Part shown: one piece after another, positions 1 through 11,597 of the stretch
How the letters are laid out: the number at the start of each line of letters is the position of its first letter
Position numbering within the stretch: position 1 is the first letter of the stretch
Assembly: GCF_026210795.1 (NCBI RefSeq)
Contig: NC_089433.1
Span: 248,001 to 312,000, forward strand
Reading direction: 5' to 3'
Origin: Rhizophagus irregularis
Lineage: Eukaryota
Length of the DNA stretch: 64,000 nucleotides
Position numbers and translations under genes: made by a program
The notes under the pieces: model-generated
Told to the model about the DNA's origin: nothing
What the model saw: only the letters and a program-made list of their open reading frames with translations
The model's database searches: none

Positions 1-251
1 TATTTTATACATTTCTTAAATAATTCTTTTTTTTTTTATAATTATCCAATTATTTAAACGAGTAGCAAAATATTTTACACATTCCTTAGTTTGTAATTTT
101 AAAAAATTTTGATTTTGATCGATCGGCTTAAAATTATTCCGGATAAACAATACACAATTTCTGTACTATCGTAAACTTTGATCAACATTAAATTGATTTA
201 CAGCTTGCTTAATTATTTTTTACCTTCTCTTCCAAAATATAGTAAAAAAAA

Positions 252-1777
252 ATGTTATCGCAGTTTTTACTAGATTAAGTGAAAATTATATTGAAATTTT
301 AAATGATGATGAATATTATGATATAACAATTGAAGTTGGTAAGGATCCAAATGTAAAAATATTCCGTGCACACATGATTATCCTGTGTTACCGCTCTCCA
401 TTTTTACGACGAACTTTAATTTCAAATAAAAAGAATAACGATGGTATTTTGGCTCATATTAAGTTATCAGATATCTCACCAGAAATCTTTCAAATTATTC
501 TAAAGTAAGTAAGTAAGTCAAATTTATACTAACTTTTATTAGCAATTAAATATTTTATATTTAATAAAATTTTTTATATTATTAGATATATTTATGGTGG
601 TATAATTTTTTTTAATGAACAAGAAACTTTAGAAATTTTGAAAGTATTGATTGCTGCTGACAAACTTCACCTTCAAGAATTAGTTGACTATTTACAGAAA
701 TATTTAATTGAAAATAAAGTTGAATTAATGAAACAAAATTTTGGACTTGTTTATCAAACAAGTTTTTAATCTGATTCTTTATTAGATCTTCAACAATTTT
801 GTATAGATTGTATGACTAAACATCCTCAAAAAATGTTCAAGTCACTTGATTTTACTTCACTTTCTGAAAAATCTTTGGTTTCACTTATTAAAAGGGATGA
901 TTTACAAATGAAAGAAGTTGAAATTTGGGATCATGTTTTAAAATGAGGACTTACGCAAAATTCTTCTCTTATTTCAGATCCTGATACTTGGACAGATGAT
1001 GATTATGAAATGATGAAAAATACTTTACAACCCTGTTTACCGTTAATTAGATTTTTTAGTTTATCATCTGAAGAATTTGCACAAAAAGTTCGTCCATACA
1101 AAAAACTCTTAGGACGCCAACTTTATGAGAATTTGTTAAATTCATATTTGGATCCTAACATTGAACCAAGTGATAATATTTTACTTCCCAGATACAAGAA
1201 TGTTGATGGAGTTATTGATTCAAAAATTGTTAATTTAAATATTGTTTCTTTGGTTTCAAGATGGGTAGATAAAATAGATATTAAAAGTAAATTTGCTTAT
1301 ACGAGAGAATTATATTTATCATATAAATTTAATTTATTATTAAGAGGAAGTCAAGATGGATTTACTCCTAAGAGGTTTCATGAATTATGTGATAATATAT
1401 CTCATACTATTACATTCATTAAAGTAAGAGGAACAGAAGAAATTATTGGAGGATATAATCCTTTGATTTGGAAAAGTTTGAATAATGAATATGGTGAAAC
1501 AAAAGATAGTTTTATATTTTCTTTTAAAAGTAAGGATAACTTCAAAGTTCCAATTTTGAGCCATGTAAATCCAAAGGATATAAATGGAGCGTTATTTTAT
1601 CATACTAGAAGTGGTCCTACGTTTGGTCGTGATCTTTATATAGGCGTAAAAGGAGTTGATTCAGATGAATATCATCGTAATTATTGTAGAAAATATAGGT
1701 ATGAAAAAGAGATAAGGAATACAGAAGATCTATTCTCAATAGAAGACTATGAAGTATTTCAAATTGTAAAAAGTTAA
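252..1777 (+). pseudogene. BTB-BACK-TLDc protein pseudogene, paralog of 5928-7443
   Basis: ATG 252, exon1 252-504, GT-AG intron 505-585, exon2 586-1777. In-frame premature stops TAA 767-769 (CAA in paralog) and TGA 944-946 (TGG in paralog). TLDc motifs LLRGSQDGF, IGGYNPL, DYEVFQI. Confidence 0.9.
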
Positions 1778-2112
1778 GCTATATAATTTGTATTTAATTT
1801 TGTTCTTAAAGCTAGTTGTACTTTGTAATTACAGATAGAATTATATAAGATTTTTGTAAACGTACATTATAATAAATTCTGGGCCTGGGTATAATGACTC
1901 AAGTTCCAATTTAATCAACTTAAACTTATAAATAATTAATTATTACTTATTTGGTAAATATTTTTTTTTTGTTTTTTATTGATTAATTGATTTAGAAAGT
2001 GATAAATACATATATACTGTATATATATATATATTAATTATCAATAGTAAAAAAAAATATAATAGTTGAAAAAACTTCAAAAGTAAAATTTCATGATTGT
2101 TAATACTAGTAG

Positions 2113-2235
2113 ATGTCAACAAAATGGCTTGTCAGCAAAATAGGGATTCGTTGAAATGGTTTCAGAAAAATGTGATGTCGGCGAAATGGCAAGTCGGCAA
2201 AATTACATCAAACAGTTGTCGGTAAAATGGGTGAA
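2113..2235. repeat. Degenerate ~15-bp GTCGGCRAAATGG-type minisatellite, probably a MITE remnant
   Basis: Units gtcaacaaaatgg / gtcggcgaaatgg / gtcggtaaaatgg. The reverse-complement pattern recurs at ~50290-50390 and weakly at ~62860-62920. Confidence 0.5.
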
Positions 2236-2239
2236 TATG

Positions 2240-2615
2240 TAAGTTCATCTACCACTATCAATAATTTTAATAAGTCAGGACCTTGTAAAATATTCAATTC
2301 AATATTTTCACAGTAAATAAACCTAATAATATAATTTACACAATAAATTTGATATTTCAATTTCGAAAAATATTTCTATTACATTGTCATTATAATTACA
2401 TAAGAATGATATTAAATAATTAAAGATTTGATTCTTCTAAAAATAAATTTCCATCTCTTTTCTCAGCCCATTCGTTATAAGATGCAGTACGAAAATCTTT
2501 AATACTTTGTTCTTCTCCAGCAGTCCAGCATAAATAATAACGTCATATCCAATTTCTGTTCAAAAAAATTTTCATAGTCTCTATATACTAACTCTGCCCA
2601 AAATTTCTAAGTCAT
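2240..2615 (-). pseudogene. Truncated, indel-ridden BTB gene fragment (exon1 and start of exon2)
   Basis: Reverse strand matches the KFWAEL...GYDVIIYAG...NEWAEKRDGKFIF and FIYC.NIEL..LQGPD segments of the 3383-4845 family, with deletions and stops. Confidence 0.8.
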
Positions 2616-3382
2616 TGTTTACTTTTAAGAAAAGCAAAGTTTTATGTTGATTGTTTAACTTTAAATTTCTACAATTACTGCCAAAATTTTGAAGTGTCAT
2701 GAATATTGATCAAAAATTGGGTTTGGATTTTATTATTTGGTGGATGACAAAGTCTTAGAATGTTGTACCTCAAGTGTCGATTCACGCCAGGTGATAACTG
2801 ACGTGCGTCTAGGAATAGAGAAGTTCAAATTGAGTCGGTTCGTTCCATACGTCAGTTCCAAACCGGGTTTGATATGTACTGACTTGGTTCTTAACCAAAG
2901 TGACAAAAACCGATTATGGAACCGAACTGGTTTTTTGGCCCAACTTGGTTTTTCAATAGTATCAGTACCGAACCGAGTGAGCCGTCCGTGCGTGAAAATT
3001 TGTGACCTTAGAATAACAGATTGATTAGAATAACTCACGAAACTACTTCATTCAAAATTACTTATAAATTACGAGTTTTTTTAATATATGATTTCATAAA
3101 TCAATTAAGTATAAAATTTCACAATATATATAATTTATTGTACTATACGAATTTATTTATAGAATAAAAGCAATGTCATTAATAAAAAACGTGTTTGTTA
3201 TGGAAGTGCGATATGCGTCATGTATTTGACTCACGTTCAGTTATCATCTGACACAAATTAATCGACACCTGGAGGTACAACATATATATTAAAAAAAATT
3301 GTTTTTAAAAAAATATATGCATTCAATATCTATATAATAATAATAAATTCTTTATTTATGGAAAAATTTTTTTTAATAGAAT

Positions 3383-4845
3383 TTATTTTTTAATTACTTG
3401 AAATACTTCATAATCTTCTACTTCAAAATTTTCTGGAATTCCTATCTTTGGATAGTCATCACCATAACCACGATCTTTATTAGACCAATTATTATTATCA
3501 CAGTATATATTACCCATAGTTGGACCGTAATTATAATTACAAAAAACAGCACGATTTTGTTTCTTAACATAACTGACTTTTGAAGTAGAAATATTTTTTC
3601 CATTCGTAGAATTAAAAATAAAGCTATCTGCTGTAGTCTCCCATTGATAACGACTTCCATTCCAATCAAGTGGATTATAACCTCCAATTAATTGTGTTGA
3701 ATTTTTAATTTTTGCTATCCAAATAGTAGCTCCTTTATTATCACAATTTTTATGAAAAGATTTAGTATCAACTCCATCTTGACTTGAGCGATATAATAGC
3801 TTAAAATCGTAAGGAACATTTTTTCTATAATGTGATGAATCTTTTTTATCAATCCACGAAGCAAATAGAGGAATATGATTTGACTCAATCAATGTTGAAT
3901 CTAATCTTTGTTTTCTTGAAGGTGGTAAATTAGTTTTAGGTTTCACATTAGGAACTATATAATATTCCAAAAGATCATGAATTAAATCTTGTGGTAAGAT
4001 GTCTTTGTAACAATAAACTTTGTAAAAGAAATCAGTAGGTTCAATATCATAGAATCGAATTAAAGGAATAAATCTGTATAATTCTCTTTCAATTCTTATA
4101 ATATCATCTTTATTCCATTTTGTTGGATCATTCTGCATATTTTGTTGGGCAAAACACCATTTTAATAAATACTCCCAAATTTCAATGTCATTCATAATTA
4201 AGTCGTCCCTTTTTAATAATAATTCCAATAAAGGAGCTTTTAAATTGATAAAATTTTCAGAACTGAATAAAATTTTAGGTTCTTCACAAATTTTTTCAAG
4301 GCAAAAATTCCATAAATCCGTAAATGTTTCATGTTGATAAATAATTTCAAGAATTCCGGTTGGATTTTGTTGTAAAAATTCAGTTTTATGTTCAATCAAA
4401 AATTCTTGAATGTGGGAAACTAATGAATTGATATTTAGCTCATCCACAGCTACCAATAACTCCAATACATCAGGACCTTGTAAAGTCTTCAATTCAATAT
4501 TTCCACAATAAATGAACCTAACAATATGATTAATAGTTAAATATTTTATAAATTTAGATGATTAATAAATTTATTAAATAACATATCTTACCTAAGAATG
4601 ATATTAAATAATTTTGGTGAAATATTTGATTTTTTAAAAATAAATTTTCCATCTCTTTTCTCAGCCCATTCATTAGAAAATGCAGTACGAAAATATTGAG
4701 ACCTAGCACATAAAACATTTGAATGAGCATGAATTTCTTTAATATTTTGTTCTTCTCCAACATAAATAATAACGTCATATCCAGTTTCTGTTTCAAAAAG
4801 TTTTTCATAATCGCTAGATAACTCTGCCCAAAATTTCGAAGACAT
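3383..4845 (-). CDS. BTB/POZ-BACK-TLDc domain protein (~462 aa, 2 exons)
   Basis: Exon1 4845-4592, intron 4591-4518 (GTAAG...TAG), exon2 4517-3383; spliced frame is continuous. BTB motif YDVIIYVGE...AHSNVLCARSQYF; TLDc motifs LLYRSSQDG, IGGYNPL, EDYEVFQV. Confidence 0.92.
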
Positions 4846-5927
4846 TGTTTATTGTAAATAGTAAGAAAAGCAGTAAATTTAAAGTTTATAGTCGAAGCCT
4901 TAATTATATTATATTATGACGATCGTGTAACCTAAATTCCTAATAAAAATAATTTCCTGCGTATTTGTCAACTTTATAACATTGATCAAAGATCATGATT
5001 ATCATATTTAATCAATTTTTTAAAAGATTAAAACTGAAATAACAAGCATATGGAAAAACATAAATTTCATAAAAACCATTTTCTGTTGTACCTAAGCAAA
5101 ACAATTTGTCAATTTTTAACCTTATTATTAATTAAAAATTTTATCCCTCTAACTGTAATTTTTCTAAAATTATTAATAAATTTCAGGCAAATACAGTATA
5201 GCCAGAATGATAAATGAATATTTTATGTACGTACTAGTGATTTAATACACAATTTAATTAACAAAAGAAATGGGTGAATTTTTTCCGCATGTTTTTTAGT
5301 ATATACACAGTTATTTCTACTTAAGGAATAAAGTTAAAAATTCTATAATATCCATTAACATACCTCTGATAATTTCTTAAATAAAATTAAAATGTGATTG
5401 TGAAATGTAAACTACAATTTTAATTTACCGTTCTCTTTTTGCGTTATATAATAATAATTTTATGATAAAAAAATATATTGTTCATAAAATTTGTACTATT
5501 CTGAAATTGTATTTTACAATTCAATTTTTTGATTGATATTAAGACTAGAATGGTAAAAAAAAAATATTTTATACATTTCTTGATTTATATTTAAATAATT
5601 CCAATTATTTAAACGAGTAGCAAAATATTTTACACATTCCTTAGTTGGTAATTTAAATCTAATTATTAAATATAAATTATCAAATTTTGATTTTGCTTGC
5701 AATATCATTAAAAGCTATGATCGATCGCTTACTGGCTGAATCAAACGATGATTAACCATAAAAGAATTTGTACAAATTGCAATAATAGTCGGCTTAAAAT
5801 TATTTCAGCCAAACCGGATAAACAATACACAATTTCCATTTATATCTGTACTATCGTAACATTAAATTGATTTACAGCTTACTTAATTATTTTTTACCTT
5901 CTCTTCCAAAATATAGTAAAAAAAAAA

Positions 5928-7443
5928 ATGTTAACGCAGTTTTTTACTAGATTAAGTGAAAATTATATTGAAATTTTAAATGATGATGAATATTATGATA
6001 TAACAATTGAAGTTGGTAAGGATCCAAATGTAAAAATATTCCGTGCGCACATGATTATCCTGTGTTACCGCTCTCCATTTTTACGACGAACTTTAATTTC
6101 AAATAAAAAGAATAACGATAGTATTTTGACTCATATTAATTTATCAGATATTTCACCTGAAATCTTTCAAATTATTTTAGAGTAAGTCAAATTTATAACT
6201 TTTATTAATAATTTAATATTTTATATTTAATACAATTTTTTTATAACGTAGATATATTTACGGTGGTATAATTTCTTTTAATGAGCAAGAAACTTTAAAA
6301 ATTTTAAATGTATTGGTTGCTGCTGACCAACTTCAACTTCAAGAACTAGTTGATTATTTACAGAAATATTTAATTGAAAATAAAGTTGAATTAATGAAAC
6401 AAAATTTTGGACTTGTTTATCAAACAAGTTTTCAATCTGATTCTTTATTAGATCTTCAACAATTTTGTATAGATTGTATGACTAAACATCCTCAAAAAAT
6501 GTTCAAGTCACTTGATTTTACTTCACTTTCTGAAAAATCTTTGGTTTCACTTATTAAAAGGGATGATTTACAAATGAAAGAAGTTGAAATTTGGGATCAT
6601 GTTTTAAAATGGGGACTTACGCAAAATTCTTCTCTTATTTCAGATCCTGATACTTGGACGGATGATGATTATGAAATGATGAAAAATACTTTACAACTTT
6701 GTTTACCTTTAATTAGATTTTTTAGTTTATCATCTGAAGAATTTTTACAAAAAGTTCATCCATATAAAAAACTTTTGAAACCTCAACTTTATGATGAATT
6801 ATTTAAATCTTATTTGAACCCTAATATTGAACCAAGCAAAGATATACTACTTCCTAGATACAGGAATGTTGATGGAATTATTGATTCAAAAATTGTTAAT
6901 TTAAATATTGTTTCTCTAATTTCAAGGTGGATAGATAAATTGGATATTAAAAGTAAATTTGCTTATGTGAGAGAATTATACTTACCATATAAATTTAAAT
7001 TATTATTAAGAGGAAGTCAAGATGGTTTCACTCCTAAAAAATTTCATGAATTATGTGATAATTTACCTTGTACTGTTATATTTATCAAAGTAAAAGGAAC
7101 GGATGAAATTATTGGAGGATATAATCCTTTGATTTGGAAATGTTTGAATGATGAATATGGTGAAACAAAGGATAGTTTTATATTTTCTTTTAAAAGTAAG
7201 AATAATTTTAAAGATCCAATTTTGAGTCATGTAAATCATGAGAATATAAATAGAGCTATATTTTATCATACTCAATGTGGTCCTACATTTGGTCGTGATC
7301 TTTATATAGGCGTAAAAGGAGTTGATTCAGATGAATATCATCGTAATTATTGTGGAAAATATAGGTATGAAAAAGAGATAAGGAATACAGAAGATGTATT
7401 CTCAATAGAAGACTATGAAGTATTTCAAATTGTAAAAAGTTAA
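5928..7443 (+). CDS. BTB/POZ-BACK-TLDc domain protein (~481 aa, 2 exons)
   Basis: Exon1 5928-6181, intron 6182-6251, exon2 6252-7443. Motifs YYDITIEVG...FRAHMIILCYRSPFL and a TLDc C-terminus. Head-to-head with 3383-4845. Confidence 0.92.
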
Positions 7444-7851
7444 GCTGTATTTAATCTTGTTCTTAAAGTTGTTATGAGATTAATTGTAAACGTACATGAA
7501 TTTTGATGGTACGTATAAAATAAATTCTTATGGAGTTTTATAATAACTCAGTTTTCAATTTAAAAATTAAAGCATAGGCGTTACTGTATGTAATTTTATG
7601 AGGTATACTGGCCAAAATTAATTCTTTGATTGAATAATTCTCGTAAAAATAGATTTATTTGGTCTTATTTTTTAAAGAAAAAGTAGCTGATTACTAAAAG
7701 ATAACTGGCAGGTAAATAAAAAATTTTCTGATTCATCAATTATTCTGTAGGTTATAATTCGCCATAAATGTAAAATACAAATATAAAATAACCAAATTTA
7801 TTAGCCCGATAATGAGAAATGAATGATTGTAATTTGTCTAATTTATAAATA

Positions 7852-7942
7852 TACTGATGTTGATAAAGTTAGACAAAAAATTAAAGAAATGATTAACAAA
7901 GAAGAATGGAATACAGATGAATGTTTAGAATTGAAGGAGTAG
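7852..7942 (+). pseudogene. Orphan fragment of the last exon of a TRP-like channel gene
   Basis: Translates TDVDKVRQKIKEMINKEEWNTDECLELKE*, versus ADVDKVRRKIKEMINEGEWNTGEFLELKQ in the last exon of 29923-33937. Confidence 0.75.
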
Positions 7943-8011
7943 TTTACTCTACATATTTTTTTTATTTTTGAACAGGTTATTAAGTGAAACTGAGCTACTA
8001 AAGCTCAAAAA

Positions 8012-8975
8012 TATCAATAGTGAAGAATACAAAATAATTTACGACTGCAGTGTTTCATCATCTTCCCAACGTTTAAGATCCTTCTTGGTTATAAGCTCGC
8101 AAGTGTCCTCCATAACCTCATATATCTTATCTGGGTTGAAAAAAATAGTTCGTGAGACCTTCAATCAAACTAGATCCCATGTACTTCATATTATGTCCCA
8201 TATCGTCCCAACAAAACATGTGACTATGATTATCCAATATCCAGATTGAAAATCCAGCAGAATGATCAATACATACAGCATGAGGATCAATAATACCGAA
8301 TGTTTTAGCAAAATACTTAATATTATCTTCATTCAATAAGTTTGTCAGACCTGACAGATCTTTTTTACTCGTATGAAATGAAATCCAAAGTGATCATTCT
8401 TCAAGAGGGAAAGTAGCGCTGGCAATTTCAACAAGGAGGTACTACATCTCTCGTTCTCACATGAATTAAGTGAACTCTCATTCGGATATCGGACCTCACC
8501 AGAATTAGATACTGTACATCCACGGGTTCACTTCCACACAATTCCCAATGTCCCATTTTTCCAGCTTCTCCTACATACGTAAATCTTGAGAGAAAAGAGA
8601 TCGATTGGTTTTCCACCAATTCTCAATCATCTTTTTTCTGTCTTGATCCTTGGGAACCATGATTGATGCTTCAAACAATGCTTTAATGATCCTGTAATAA
8701 CTTTGGTTCCAGACAAGTTTATCACTGATGGAGATTCTCTGCACTCAAGATGGTCGTCCATAATGTAATTAAATATTTGTATAAAGATTTTCAAAAATAT
8801 TATAAATAAATCTTGTTATAAAAAATCTGGACTAGATGCTTGAAGAGAAAGGTCTGGTCTATTTCCAGAAGAATGCCAAAAATGGGGAAATACCCAAAAA
8901 GAAAGAACTTAATTTTGCTGATAGATTTGGAAAAACTGAAAAATGGTTTGATGCTCAGAATTTTAGAACTTTTTT
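8012..8975 (-). pseudogene. Decayed second copy of the deaminase-like / SUKH-like dual-frame locus
   Basis: Reverse complement aligns with ~17690-18567 (WDIGNCVEVNPW, PPC*NC, IWILDNHSHMFCWDDMGHNMKYMGSSLIEGLTN). Carries frameshifts, stops and a ~60-bp AT-rich insert near 8770-8830. Confidence 0.9.
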
Positions 8976-9606
8976 GATATAATGTGATAAATACAGTATG
9001 TACTATAAATATTTGGGAGCAATAATAAAAATTGATGAAAAATATTGAAATAATATTTATTTGCGTGATTATTTAGTCATGAAAAATTTATTAAGGAGGA
9101 AAAATTGATTTCATAAATATTTGAGAGCAAAAATTGATGAAAAAAAATTGAAATAATATTTATTTTACGAGAGAAAAATATTTTATTCATGAAAAAATTT
9201 TTAAGGAGAAAAAATATTATTTAATCATGAAAAAATTTTTAAGGAGGAAAAAATTTTTTAAGGAGGAATGAGAGAGGAGTATGGTATCGTAATTTATATT
9301 GTATTTATTCACTTGTCACCTAAATTTGTACTAGTTTTTTACTATGAGTTTCATATATACACAATATATATACAGTGATTACATTTATTCTTCTGAAACA
9401 TATAAGTGACCTTCTTATATGTATATGAAATAATTGACGTAATTATTTGGTAATAATTGTTTATTAAACAATAAACGGCTGCGCCATTTTATCAGTACTT
9501 TTCCCAGTACATAGGACACGGAGGAGGTGACACAGCAGAATAATTAGATAAATATGTAACAGCTTAATTTCTCGATTTTACAATTTTTTAAATACTTTAA
9601 TTGTCT

Positions 9607-11214
9607 CTAGCAGGAAAAAGAAGATTTTTCTTAATGATTGACAGTTAAAACTAAAATTTTAGTTAGCAAAAAAGGTAAAAAAATATATAGTTATAATATT
9701 ATATGGAGAATTAAAAAATTAACTAACGAAGTAGACAAAAAAGAAGATAATGCTTCTAGCGAAACACGAATGTACTAACGAAAATGAATTCAAAATTTTA
9801 TTGAGAAGTATTATAATTGGTTTACTAATTTTTTGTGAAAATAGTGAAATAATTCTAGGTATAAACGAAAATATTAAAAAATTATTATTTGATTTTAGCA
9901 ATAATTTTAGTAATAGAAAAAAGATAGATAGCGATTTTTACTTAGAATTATTATTTATAGAAAATTTTTTAGACTACAACGAGATTAGGATAATAGATAG
10001 TGATGAAAAAGAATATAGAATATTAAATACTTTAAGAAAAGAAACGAGGGAAATTTTAAAGGATAAAACTGTGGTACATACGATTAAATATAATTTCAAA
10101 ATAGTGGATGAAGGGCTTTTAACGAACGAATATAATTTATTCTGGAACAATAGAATAATAACAGGAGGCTTTAGGGGCTGGAGGAAAAAGTCACGAACGC
10201 TATTTGGAAAAATGAAATACTTAATAGCGAAAATTTAAATGATCTATTTATGTACAATTACAAAAAAGAATTCGATTGGAAGACAACTTTAGAATTTGTT
10301 AGTAATAGAATTAATTTTACACAAAGACAATGCAGTAACAAAGATACGAAAGAAAGATCTTATAGGATTAAGAATTTGTTGAAAGAACAACCGACTTACA
10401 AAATATTATATAAAAGAAATACTAACAAAATAGAAAATGAAATATGTATAAGATGTGGGAAAAATGAAGAAGAAGATTGGAACATATTTGGATCTGCGAA
10501 GATAACGAATTCTCGATTGATGAAATTGTACAAGAATCAATATATCGTTTTGAACAAAATTTAAAGAAATGTAATCAAAATGAAGAAGTAGATATTTTGA
10601 GGAATTATAATTTTGACTTTATTAGAATTTTAGAAAGCCCATCGATAATTTTGAGAGGTAAAAATAAGAAGTGGAATTAATTAGAGGAGTCTACAACGAA
10701 AATTTCAATAGTTTATCGAACAAAAAAGAGGAGAAATCATTGATAAAAAGACTTTGGATGTTTACGTATGACGAAATTAAAAATCGGTTATGGATACCAC
10801 TGTGCGAAGAAATTAAAAGATTAGAAGAAAAAGCAAATATACAAAAATTAGACCTTAGAAAAAAGAGAGAAAGACAGGAAGATAAAACGGAAGATCAAAT
10901 TAAACGAGATAAAAAAACAAAAACAGAAGAAAATTTAGAAAAATTAAACAAAAAAAGATTCAATAAAAAAATTAGTTTAGTAACGTTAGGAAAGTTAACG
11001 GGATCTATAGTGGATGGTAATAGTATAGCAAATGCATGGGAGTGATGATGGGACACAATACATTTTAGTATAGTTCTAGTTATAGTATTTTGTTTCGAAA
11101 ATTACTTAGTTATAGGGTTTTGAGAATTTTTTTTCGAAAAGCTTTAAGTGTTTTAATAATTTAATTATGTAATTTGTATCAATTAATAAAACGCGTTACT
11201 ATTTAAAAAAAAAA
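9607..11214 (+). mobile_element. 5'-truncated non-LTR retrotransposon (LINE) with poly(A) tail and 17-bp TSD
   Basis: Frameshifted ORF pieces (9750-11045) include a C-terminal CCHC knuckle CIRCGKNEEEDW(E)HIWIC. AATAAA and a poly(A) run at 11185-11217. Direct repeat AAATACTTTAATTGTCT at 9590-9606 and 11215-11231. Confidence 0.88.
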
Positions 11215-11597
11215 AAATACTTTAATTGTCTACTTGTGAATCTAAATTATTATTGATCACTGATCTAAAAACTATTTTATAAATTTGTTGAATTTTACTA
11301 ATATTTTCATCTGTTTTTGTATTATTTTTATCTTTAAAATTAAATTTTCATTATTTAGATAGATCAGTTAATTATAGGGTTATTCTTAATTTATTATCGG
11401 TAACTCTAAGTATTTTATAAAATTATGTAATATTAGGATTCTAAATAATTAATAAAATGCGTTACTAATTGTTTTTTTAAAAAAATTAATTTATAAGAAA
11501 TAAAGTAAATTTTGTTGGTAATAAATAAATAGATGAAGTGATCAGTTAAAATAAAAGAACATTTTATTTTTAAAGTCGGGATAACATCTTATAATAA

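Noticed and set aside
767..946. RIP or deaminase editing as the cause of the two nonsense transitions
   Set aside because: Two C:G>T:A changes in different contexts are too few to infer a mechanism.
2733..3038. Antiparallel 95-aa and 101-aa ORFs
   Set aside because: No ATG start or recognisable motif; the region has ACCGAAC-type repeats typical of MITE subtermini.
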